Shown: positions 1 through 11,229 of the stretch, piece by piece
Layout: each line of letters begins with the position of its first letter
Numbering within the stretch: the first letter of the stretch is position 1
Assembly (NCBI GenBank): GCA_028023455.1
Contig: JAQFVV010000003.1
Coordinates: forward strand, 26,474,001 to 26,538,000
DNA from: Epiperipatus broadwayi
Taxonomy: Eukaryota; Animalia; Onychophora
Length of the DNA: 64,000 nucleotides
Reading direction: 5' to 3'
The notes under the pieces: generated by a model
What the model saw: the letters and a program-made list of their open reading frames with translations, nothing else
What the model was told of the DNA's origin: nothing
Databases searched by the model: none
Position numbers and translations under genes: made by a program

Positions 1-2808
1 TGTTGACATTACAAGCTAGTTTTTTTACAAATCTTTAAATGTGTCATTTATTTTAAATTACTGTGTAAATAAATATATTTATATTTAAATAATTATTATT
101 TATATAAAAATTTCTCTTTTTTAAACACAATATGTGAAAACTGTTTAATCTGTCATTAATATAAAGTATATTTTATAATTACAATACCTTTTTGAATCAA
201 TATATTATTGTCTCTGATAACACAACTTAAACTTATGTATTTATATATTTAAAAAATATACTTGATCACTTTGATTCAGAGGATTGAGTATAATGATTGA
301 ATAGCAGTTCAAAATATTAAGGTTCTTGAATTTATTTCCAGCTAAAGAAAGTAGGAAAAAATGAATACAACTTTGATCAATTGGATTGAATTATTATGAT
401 CAACTTGCCATTTATATGCTTCAATATCACATGATCTAACAAGTATTTAGGCATATGATTATTGGTTAGAATGATTTCTCCGTTTATAAAATTAACAAAC
501 TTTTAACACTTGTGAAATTTTCTATCAACTAAGTTGCTTTTGAGCATAATATTGTGTACCTCTTCCAGTGCATTTACACAATACATTAAAAGTGGAATGT
601 ATATATTTTTAAAATTCTAACATATCTCTCAAATTCCTGATGGAAAAAAGATTTTGTGATTAATCTTATATCCACAGGGTTAATAAAACCTCCAATGAGT
701 AAATGGATATATATAGTATAGAAATACATTTATCATAGTAGATTTTTTATTATTATTAAAAATTATTAGACATTAAACAAGATCACTGCTCATTAATATT
801 TTTAAACATTTTTGGCATAAATTCAAAAAAAAAAGAAAAAATCACTATCTGTTTTTCTACTTCCTAGATAGGAATTCTTTGAAATTCTTATTATTACATT
901 CAAATGTTTGTCATTTGCATTACAGGAAATGAAAGTAATTGTTCCCATCTATATGTAAATGTGCTGAATATGTATATATTTTTACTCCTTTATATAAGTA
1001 TGCATTTCATAATATATTTATGTTTATTTAGTGTGTTTATAGATGTGTTAATTATATTACTGGTTTTCTTTTTAAATTTCCAGATGTTTTACTTTGTTTT
1101 ATACCTTCAGGCTTTTGAATTCATTCTGGGGTTGCTGTTTTTTTTTTAAAAAATATTTATAAAATTTAAATGATTCATATAGGTTGGTGTCACATATATT
1201 TTCTACTGAAACTTTTAGTTTCATAATCCACATCTGTTTTTAACCATATTTATATTTTTTTAATATTTTGCATAAATACAGTGATATGTATATATGTTCT
1301 GTATTTATGTTTAAACTACTAGGCTATATATATATTTAGCCTTAAGTATTATTATACTTATTATTTAAGTAATACATTGGGTGCAATTTGAAATTTATAA
1401 TTGTAGTTTGTAATGTTATAATTGACTAATATTTATTTGTCTGCATTCAGAATAGATTATATTTACCTGTTTAAAGAGATTTATTTATACTCCTTTCTGT
1501 CAATTATTTTCATCTATATGGTCAAGTTGCAATCTTTAGTGTCTAGCGTCTATATAAGTGTATTGGACTATTAATAAAGTTGAGATTCCACCTTTATTGT
1601 TAAAAGGAGATTGCCTTGACAACATTTTCAATTTATTGATTGATATTGATATTTGTATTGTCTGTTTTGACTGGTTTTTAATTATATATATATATAATAG
1701 AGAGAGAAAGATGGTATTAAAATAGAGTGATGTTTTTATTTTGTATATATAGTGAAGAAAATGAGAATGAAATAATTAGAAATAATTAGATAAAAGGGCA
1801 AGCATAACTAATTGATTGATTAATAAGTATATAGATAAGTAAACTGATAGACATATGACAAATGAATATTTGTGCAGGACAAGTTTTTAGATGATTTTTA
1901 AAAAAGCAATAATTATTCCAATTAAAAAAAAGAAATTCCAATTGAGTCTACTTGGTTAATAAAAATAGATGTAGATGTACAGACAGATAGACATAAAAAA
2001 TTATTGACATGATAATGATGATGATGAAAAACAAATAATATGGTTCTATATTTTGATTAGAGATTCCTAGTTGAAGACCATTCTGAAGTCAAAATATAAT
2101 CTCATTATTCATATACTTTTTATTATTTATAAAAAAAGAAGGGAAGGAGGAGAGAAACAGGTAGGCAACTCAAATGAGAATGGAGAATTCCTCTACTAAA
2201 AATATGGTTTAAAAATGAATATTTTAGAAGAAATTAAAAGCATTTTAAGATATGTTGGAGTAATGAGAAATATGTTGAAAGAAATTTTAATGAAAGAAAA
2301 GAAATTAAAATATTGATAGTTGTTTTTTAAAGATGAAGTTTTTTGTTTGTTTGTTTAATTTTATGTTAAGGTCTTTTTTATTAATGAGGAATATTTACCA
2401 TTGAAAGTCATTTATTTCACATATAGTATATCCTATTTTGCAGGATAATGATGGGAAAGCAATCATTTATCTGCTCTATTCTATCTACAAGAAAGTATTA
2501 ATGACCACTTGAATTAAAAAGCTTAAATAAAAAATCTGGAAAAAATAACTGGAATGTAATAATCTTTAAAAGTATTCCCTCCTCTTTTCATATTGTTTCT
2601 ATATAATTGTTTTTCTGTGAATTTTTTAAAAATATTTTTATAATGTCTGTTATTGTTGTTCTTTTTCAGAACTATAATTGACAAGCACATTATATTACTT
2701 ATATAATAAAACCCACATATAAATATATATGTGTAGGTATCAGTGTATAAATATACAAGAGAAGCCACAATGTACTTGTATCGATATACATTATTTCATT
2801 TCACAGAG

Positions 2809-2828
2809 GATGTGATGTGATGTGATGT
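2809..2828 (-). repeat. (ACATC)4 3' tail of the LINE
   Basis: The + strand reads (GATGT)4, about 160 bp downstream of the ORF2 stop in element orientation. Confidence 0.8.
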
Positions 2829-5749
2829 ACTGTGGCTTCTCCTTAAACGAAGTCAAGAATCTCTCAGCAATTATGTCCAGAGAAACCTGTTAGCCACTTT
2901 ACCTTCCATTCGCCACTCTAAATTTTCCCATATTCTGCTCCATCCCATTTCCACAACATAATCTTTGTCAACTCTATGGCCTTTATATCTAAATCCCCCA
3001 TATTTTTCCCAAACCCAGCATAAAAACCAATAATCCACTTTCTGTATAATCACTTTTTTCATATTTATTCTTCCATAACTTCATTATATGTACCCTTTCT
3101 GTTTTCAAGCATTTACATTCAATTAACAGATGCCTAATATTTTCTATTCCTTCCTTACACAATTTACAGACTAAATCACCCATATTTTTCCATTTACATG
3201 TATATTCTCTTGTTGCTAAAGATCCTGTTTGAGCCTTAAACAATAAACTACTTTCCTTACTATTATCATATATTAACTCGCACCTAATATTCTGTTTACT
3301 TCTATATATATTTAAACTCTTTTTACTCTCCATACTAGTTCTCCATCTCTCTAACTCCCTATTCTTTATTAATAAATCTATTCTTTTATCCCATTCCTTA
3401 CCACTATAACACTCAACAATCCTCCTAACACAATCATCCCGTCTTTTGTACAAATATACTGATATAAATTCTTTATCCAAATCTTTTGCATACCACATTA
3501 CTTTTCTCACCCATCTTGTTGCCTGCCCTTTACTCATAACCCAATTAAATACTATTTTGGCTATTCTTTTATTATCCATAAACTGCAATCTACCAAACAT
3601 TTTCATTTTACTTTTTGCATCTCTCATATAAAAACTTGAGCCATCCCATTTCTCCTTGAATTGCCTCCCTTGCTGTCCATACATCTGCATCCAATGCATG
3701 TCTTTCTACTTCCCTTTGAACTTTTTTATAAGTAATATAATACCCCTTTACTAACACATAATGCATCATTACCATATGTTAACCCTGCTACTACAACTCC
3801 TTTCCATATAATTCTAGCTACATCATATTTATTATATGAAAACACTGTTAATTTCTTTATCAATCCCTTTCTTTTCTTTGCTTCATTTATCAATTTTTTC
3901 TCCCATTCATCCAAACAATTTTTCTGATTACTTAAAATAATTCCCAAATAACTATATCTATTCACCACACTTAACTTAATATCTCCCAATAAAAATTCTA
4001 CATCTTCTCTTTTTCCAGTATTAACCATCATTATATTTGATTTTTCATCACTAAATTTAATCCCCATCTTTTTACCCACCCTTGCTCATGTCCTCAGCAT
4101 AACTTCCATATCTTTTCTTCTTTCTGCACACAAAAATATATCATCCACCAAAAAAAAAGACCTGATAAAATATATACTCCCTTACCACCTATTAGCAGTA
4201 TCTCTATTCCTCTTCCTAATCTTTCTGTTGCTCTTTCCATTTCACTCAAATACAACACAAACAAAATAGGTGACATAGGGCATCCTTACCTTAGTCCCAC
4301 CCCATTTTTAACTTTAACTGATTCTATATTTCCTAATTGATATATATAATAATTATTTTCATATAATTTCTTAATAATATCCACTAAAGCTTCATCCATT
4401 CCCAAATTTGCTAAACTTATCCATAATCTATTTCTATTTACTCTATCATATGCCTTCTCTATATCTATAAAACTCATATATAACTGTCTACCTGAATTCC
4501 TACTCATATCCATAAGTTGTGTAACTACAAATAAACTATCTCCTATATGCCTATCTAATCTAAAACCTCCTTGCATTTCCCCCACTACATTATTCCCTTC
4601 CATCCATTTTACAACTCTTCTAGCCACCATATATGAGAAAACTTTATATAAAACTGATGTTACTGCTATTGGTCTATAATTATTTAACTTTCTATGATTC
4701 TTACCCTTTCCTTTAAATAATAATCTTACTCTTGTATTACTCCAACTACTTGGGAAAACTCTATTCTGTGCCATCTTATTAAAACAGGATAATAACTTTA
4801 TTTTTGCCCTATATCCTAAATTCATTACCATCTCTGCTGCCCATCCATCTAAACCTCTTGCCTTTCCACTTTTCAATTTCTTCTCTACCTCATTCAGTTC
4901 ATTTTTTGTAAACCTAATATTCCCATTACTATATGCTTTCATGTTTTCTATCACTCTATCCTTCACATCTAACATCTTTTCTATATCCATTACATATCTA
5001 TTTAAGATTCTCTCTAAATCCTCTCTAGAGCTACACTCCATTCCCTCATCATCTAGCAATAATCTCTCTCTCCCCCCTAGATTTCTCCTTTAATGTAATT
5101 CCAAATTTTTTTACTCCCATCTCTTTCACTTTTATTAATATCCTCCAACAATTTACTATTCAATTTCATTTTCTCTCTATAATTATCTATTTTAGCCAAC
5201 TTCTTTTTTTCTAAGTATTTTTCTCATTTATCATTAATATCTTTTTCACTTTCCTTATTTTTAATAGCACACTTATATTCTCTGCATGCTTCTTTCCTCT
5301 CTTTTACACTTTTACTAATTCTCTTTTCTTTTCTTTTTTAATCTTCTGAATATTCTCACCTAAAACCCTATTTGCCACTTTTTCTATTTTTTTATACCAG
5401 TCCTTATACTTATCTCCAACCAACTCTTTCATGATTTCTTCAACTTATATTTTATACTCTTCCAACTTATTCTTATCATTCACTCTCCATCCACACACAT
5501 CTTTCACTATTATTTCTACTTTTATTTTTATTCTCCATCACATTACTAACCATTTCAATTACAATGAAGTTATGATTACTAGGGCATGCTTTTTCTTCAT
5601 TATCAAACACCTTAATTTTCCATATTTTATTCATTCCCTCTTTCTCTACCAATACATAATCTATTGTGTGAAATATATTATTTCTAGACCATGTGTATTG
5701 TCCCTCATAAATATTTAATAAATTTCCAATACTCAAATTCACTTTCTGA
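2810..5749 (-). mobile_element. 5'-truncated, frameshifted non-LTR retrotransposon (LINE; APE endonuclease + reverse transcriptase + C-terminal Cys/His motif), clade not assigned
   Basis: Collinear minus-strand ORF pieces. APE C-terminal part: FCQKVNLSIGN..YTW..IDYVLV..SNHN (ORF 5476-5799). RT: KARGLDG, YRPIAVTSVLYK, QGGFR, FIDIEKAYDRV (4286-5059); then GCPMSPILF and F/VDD (about 4094-4290). C-terminus: CKLC..ENIRHLLIEC (2989-3699). Ends in a pentamer tail. Confidence 0.92.
2989..5749 (-). pseudogene. Disrupted LINE ORF2 (endonuclease-reverse transcriptase)
   Basis: ORF-track fragments 5476-5799, 4286-5059, 4094-4276, 3726-4079 and 2989-3699 lie in domain order but are separated by stops and frameshifts. 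Confidence 0.88.
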
Positions 5750-6075
5750 CAAAATTTCTTCATACAGTAGCACCAGTCAGTGCAAGCCAGGGTAATCAAT
5801 GAATGCAGGAAGGTTTGTGCATAAAATCTCTCTTTAATGCCTATTCATCCAATATCCCCAGACTATTTTCTAACTTGTGGCTTTCATCAGTTAGGAACCT
5901 TGGATCTGGGGGATATTGGATGAGTAGGCATTAGATAGGGATTTTATGCACAAACCTTTCTGCATCCATTGATTATGGCTTGCAATGAGTGGCGCTACTG
6001 TATGGAAAGTTTTGCCTATGTGAAAATGGCTTGTGTAAGCATAAAGAATGGTGATCATGTGATGTTTGATGGTTT
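5750..6075. mobile_element. Hammerhead-bearing repeat, copy A: minus-sense segment (5750-5908) joined head-to-head to a plus-sense segment (5905-6075)
   Basis: Both halves align by eye to the copies at 10117-10527 and 50630-51652. About 5770-5862 and 5905-5998 are reverse complements. Confidence 0.85.
5855..5896 (-). ncRNA. Minimal type-I hammerhead ribozyme motif (degenerate)
   Basis: Minus strand: TCCTAA CTGATGA A AGC-CACAA-GTT A GAAA ATA GTC|TGGGGA. The core is intact, but a stem III base is changed (C to A) and stem I has one mismatch. Confidence 0.6.
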
Positions 6076-9000
6076 ATTATTTCATTTATATACTTCTGAA
6101 AAAAAAAAACATTAAAATTTGTAAATTTAATAAATTTTATGATCTGGAAAGTCATTTTTCTGTCTCAGGATGCCACATATGATCATGTTTATTAATGACA
6201 TTTCTTGGGATATGTTGAATGCATATTTTATTTTTTGCATTAATGTGTTTCAGTGTTTCATTTTATAAAGTATTTTCTAAATATAAAGCTAGAAGTTTTA
6301 TGAAATTTAAGAAAACATAAATTATTTTTATCAAGCAATAAAGTTTGAAGAGTTTAATCAAAAATCTGAAATAGATAATGGCAAATGGAGATAACTGTAT
6401 AGATTTTGAAGTTACATCAAAGCAAGTAGAAAGGCATTAGTCTGTTAATAACAAAACACCTATTAAATTTCCATGGGGAAAAATGTTACTGAAGAAAAAG
6501 ATATTTTCCAAAGCAATTTCATTTGTGAAAGACTGATATTTCACTATTCATTTTATTTTTAAAATATACAACATAATAATTTTTTTTATTAACTTTATTT
6601 TTTAAGTAAATGTGAGTGAATACATATAAAGTGAATATACTATATATGAAATGTACTCTCTCAATTTATTATAAATAACATTTTTTTTAAAATTCTGTTT
6701 ATACCATGATTTTACTTTTGCTGTAGATAATCATAATTTAAAGACATAGAATTGAAATTAAAGTATTCTGATTAAACTATGCTTAACCAAAAGTCAAACA
6801 TCAATAAATTATGAAAAGATAGAATAATACTATTCAATCTTTTAGCTCTGTTAGTATTTAAATCTAATTTATTAATGTTAAAAATCAAAGAGTGAAACCT
6901 CTATATATTAGTTTGATTTCTATAAAGCTTAAATGTTCTGAAATCACTCTTTAATTATTCAGATTATCAAGAGTGTCTTAGTTTTAGCAACCCCCAAATA
7001 CCAAGTAAAACATTAGTTTATAAATGTAACTGTAAATAATCAGAGCTTAAAGTTATGGAATTAAAATGAAATTAACTGCTATTTCCTTTGAATGATTCTT
7101 AATCAAAAGTCAAATGTCAATAAACTTTTTTTCCCACTCTTAGCCTGTTTTCTTCATATTTTAAAGGAGCACAATATAGAAAAATTCTTTTGTATAAATT
7201 TTCATTATAAGTTGGTTTGTATTCAAAACCTTAAGCCTTTGAAAATTTGAGGCCAGTAACTTGAATAATATGAAGGACTACTGAACAATTATAATACGTA
7301 AATAGTGTTTTGTACTAAAGAAGTCAATAAATTAGAAAATAATCTGGAGATCTGTAATAATAATAGCAATTGGTTACTTGGCTCTGTATGAAAAGAAAGA
7401 GATTAATACTATCAGATGTTCTTAAATATAAATTAGAGGTATCATGTGATACACAAAATAACATTTTATTTTAAAACAGGTATATTTATGTTTTCCATTA
7501 TTTATTCAGTTGTTTAGCACAGTCATGAAGTGGCATGTTGAGAGCTAAGAATTTCTAGAATGGAACTTTCATCTAGCTCGTGGATATCGCATTGCCCTTA
7601 TTGTTGTTGGTGTGATACTACTAATAAATACTTAAGTAATAAAAATTTAGTTTTTTAAATATATATTAATATTAAAAATAATACTGATTATCATCATCAG
7701 ATGATGAAAATGAATAAACAATAACATTGTACTTATTCAATACGAAACTTGCACTAAGACGTATAGAGAGAGTATGTACATACTTAAATATATATATGTG
7801 TGTTCATTGATCATTTTTTCTTATAACTAACTCCAGGGATTTTCTAATGAAATTTATGACCTGTTCTAATAATAATAATAAACTTCTAAATTAATTGTTA
7901 TAAATGTAATCTATTTTTAGATATTTCTATTTTTTGCACATTATAAATAACTGCCTCATATCAATTACAGATTATCGTTACAAAGATTTTTCCGGTAAAA
8001 TTATTTTTAGAATTTAGATTCGTTTTTTTTTTTGTCTGTGTGTGTGTGTGTAAAGCTGCCCTTCAATAAGGACCACCTACATTTACAGTTTGATTATAAT
8101 ATTCTTTTTTAAAAGCTCCTTTTAGCTATCTAACCTGTTTTCTTTATAAAAGTATGCACGTACGCTAATAAATGCTAGCACTACAAAATAAATTCCTCTT
8201 TCTCTCTATATTAAAGGGGAGGGGGGTATTCTAACGACCATGATACTAGTTTGGCATACATATGGTTATGCCTTTGAATTTTTAAGAATTTTATTACATT
8301 GGAACAAATGTAAGTAAATGTTTTAATGGAACTAAAACATATATAAAATTTACTAATAAATTAATAAACTTAACAAAACATTTAAATTGAATTCTTTGAA
8401 TTTCTCAAGTTTTGATCATGTTTACTTCTTTCAACTAGCGTAAGTAAATAATGGTGAAAATTAGGTGAGTTTTAAAATATTGTTTAATGTAATTAAAAGC
8501 GTAAATCCATTATGAAAATTAAGTTGTGGATAGAGAGAGGAGATTGCAATCAAGACTGATCCCATTGGTGAAGTGGTGGGGCTACTGTCACAGATACTTA
8601 ATTGAATTAGGCACTAAAATGAAAAGTTATATTGAAAATATATATATTGTAATAAATATTTTAATTGAATACATATTCTTACTATTGTATTCATTGATTT
8701 GTTAATACTAAGCTATTTCAACTATTTTAAAATGTGCATTTTAAGACACACACCCCCAATTAATATTGCAGATCCTAGTTGCATCTAACATTGCTGGGAA
8801 TCTCTTTTGTAATAAACAAAAATAGATTTTATTGTGCCATCTTTTTGTTAATAGTTTGGAGGGAAAAGTTTAAATAAGTATTACATTGTTTTGTCTGTAT
8901 GTGTGTGTTTGGGGGGAGGGGGAGCTATGTAATATTTTTTTTGCTATTCTATTTGGATTCTAAATAAATATAGGAACTAATATTTTGGAAAATGATATTC

Positions 9001-10116
9001 ACTGAATAAATAATAATTATGAAAAAAATTAAAGTTTCAAAAATAATATAAAATGATGCATAATTTACATGACCAATTGATTTTAGTATTTGTGATGAAA
9101 TTGGATGGACTTTCTTATGAATGTGAAAGCTAGTCTCATTAGGTTTTCCTTGAGAAGGATTGTTGCATAATCCTAGAAAATTTGTTATATAATTTTCAGT
9201 GAATAAATATTGAAAATATATTATGTATATTAAGTTCTATGTAGGGAATTGGAAAAATTAGGCAATAAGATAATATAATCATTATCAAAAGTAGTTTGTC
9301 ATTTCTCATTGCTTCTTAATATAATTTATTTCCATTAATTATTTTTTAAGACAGATTTTATACAATAATCCAGACCTTTTACTTCAAACCTTTCTTTCTC
9401 TTGCTTTATTACTTTTAACATAATCTTTATTGTTGATGTATGTGGTTACATAGTTTGTATTTGGTATTTAAATATCTATTACATATATGTATATACTTTA
9501 ATTTGTATTGATGGAGTTAATATTGTATATCTATCATATTCAAAAAGAATTGCATATAAGTAAAGAGAATTAATTAGTGTATGAGCTGTGCTGTTTAAAT
9601 CAGTTATATGGATTAGTGTTTGAGTGGTTGTCTGATTAATTATATATGAATTTTTAAAATGAGAAAACTATATAGTTAATGAAAGTATTGAGTAGCAATG
9701 ATCATATTCTAATTTTAATGATCAGAAATGTAGGTAAAGTTATTCAACTCCATATGGCTGCATATATATCTGGAGAAACAAGAGTTTGATCTTTAATTTT
9801 ATTTATTTTGTTATAGAAATGTGATTGCAGTTTTTTTTTTGTTGTTTTTTTTTTTTTTTTTTTTGGGGGGGGGGGGTGTTAAAGCAGAAATGATATCTAA
9901 GGAACCAAAGAATGAATAGAATAAAAATAGTTGCTTTAAATGTTTGGGAAAAGTCCTCTCTCTATGTTGATGATGTATGTTATGAGTGAGGCTGATTGTA
10001 ATATTGTCATATATGTAATGAGAATTTGATATGATTTGAAGTGATAGGTATTTACAGAGTAAGTGCTAGATAGTTTCTTCCTTTTTTGTGGCAGAATAGT
10101 TTTGGCAGACTATTAC

Positions 10117-10527
10117 TAATGGTTTAACACCAATCCTGCCTAATAGGATAGTGGTGGCTATGGTTGTAAAAGAGCCAAGACACCAAAATGTATGGGTGCT
10201 GAACTGAGTTCAGACCCATATGACTATATAAGCTATTGAGCTTAGATTGAAAATATTTTTTGTGTTTTCAATTTCATTCTCATAGTTTTGTAATTAAGTA
10301 GAGATAAAAGGTGGTTGCTAGAGGGTTGCATTAGATCCTAAGATCTAGATGCAGTGCTCTCAGATCCAAAGCTCCTCACTGACGAAGGCCACAAGCCAGA
10401 AACTAGTCTGGGGATATTGGATGAGTAGGCATTAGATAGGGATTTTATGCACAAGCCTTCTGGAATCCATTGATTACTCTGTTTAGCACAGGTGGCAATA
10501 CTGTATGGAGAGTTTTGCTCTGTTTAA
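10117..10527 (+). mobile_element. Hammerhead-bearing repeat, copy B (about 410 nt, near-complete monomer)
   Basis: Collinear with the reverse complement of the 455-nt unit at 50630-51085, from TAATGGTTTAACACC to GAGAGTTTTGCTCTGTTT. Confidence 0.88.
10373..10414 (+). ncRNA. Minimal type-I hammerhead ribozyme motif (best-preserved copy); predicted cleavage after C10408
   Basis: TCCTCA (stem I) CTGACGA A GGC-CACAA-GCC A GAAA C-TA-G TC| TGGGGA (stem I', 6 bp with one G-U). The ACTAGT palindrome in stem III is the arrangement typical of dimer-folding minimal hammerheads. Confidence 0.75.
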
Positions 10528-10539
10528 CTACTTAAATAG

Positions 10540-10990
10540 TTGCAAGTATTGCTCTTTTCAAATACTGTTAATATTTTCAACTTTTCTGGGGGTTTTCCAA
10601 ATTCAGTTTTTAATTAAAGATGCAATACATTCTTCTAATGTTTCCTAATTGTATAGATTTTGTTGTATATAAACTTCAAACAAATCTTTCACCAAGCTTT
10701 TTTCTTATATATAATTTCTTTCTATCTTAGTTTTTTTATTGCTACTGTCATCATCAGTTAAATAATTTTCTAATAATTTAAAAGAAATAACTTGCTTTAT
10801 AATTTTGCCTTTCTGTATTTCTTAACTTTTTTTCTTACTATTTTCATTAATTTAATGTGTTATTTTCATCACAAACATACTTTTTGATATGATACTTAAT
10901 ATTTTGCTAATTCATCTTTATTATCTCCAAGTAAATTCTTGCCCACAATACTGATTTCAGCCATATTAAGACAATACTCATTTAGCAATT
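10540..10990 (-). mobile_element. Highly decayed RTE-like LINE fragment
   Basis: Only weak residual motifs of the region upstream of the RT core on the minus strand; many stops. Confidence 0.3.
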
Positions 10991-10994
10991 CACA

Positions 10995-11174
10995 GATAGA
11001 TCAGCATCTCTATCTTTCCAATATCCCTATATAGATTGATCTTCTTTTCAACTGGAAAGCACAGTAAAATTATTTTAATTAAATGATAGATCAGTATCTC
11101 TATCTTTCCAATATCCCTATATAGATAAATCTTCTCTTCAACTGGAAAGAACAGTAAAATTATTTTAATTAAAT
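10995..11174. repeat. Tandem duplication, 2 x 90 bp
   Basis: GATAGATCAG(C/T)ATCTCTATCTTTCC...TTAATTAAAT begins at 10995 and again at 11085, with few substitutions. Confidence 0.9.
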
Positions 11175-11229
11175 ACTAACAGTACATCAAATCAAAAGTA
11201 AAAATTCTACACATTAATTGTACAATACA

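Larger units (their letters stand above)
2790..6087. repeat. 12-bp direct repeat ATTATTTCATTT (2790-2801 and 6076-6087), probable TSD enclosing the hammerhead element copy A and the nested LINE
   Basis: Exact 12-mer at both outer junctions. The left copy is 8 bp from the LINE tail; the right copy directly follows the end of the hammerhead-family segment. Confidence 0.72.

Noticed and set aside
904-1149. 81-aa ORF and the many similar 60-100 aa ORFs rich in F/I/L/Y/K
   Set aside because: The composition simply reflects AT-rich DNA; many use non-ATG starts and show no recognisable domain or splice context.
7530-7640. Possible host exon (MKWHVES*EFLEWNFHLARGYRIALIVVGVILLINT*)
   Set aside because: In-frame stop, no convincing splice donor, and no recognisable family.
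9831-9880. Poly-T/poly-G junction (similar tracts near 49365 and 49637)
   Set aside because: Simple homopolymers, prone to sequencing error, with no further homology.
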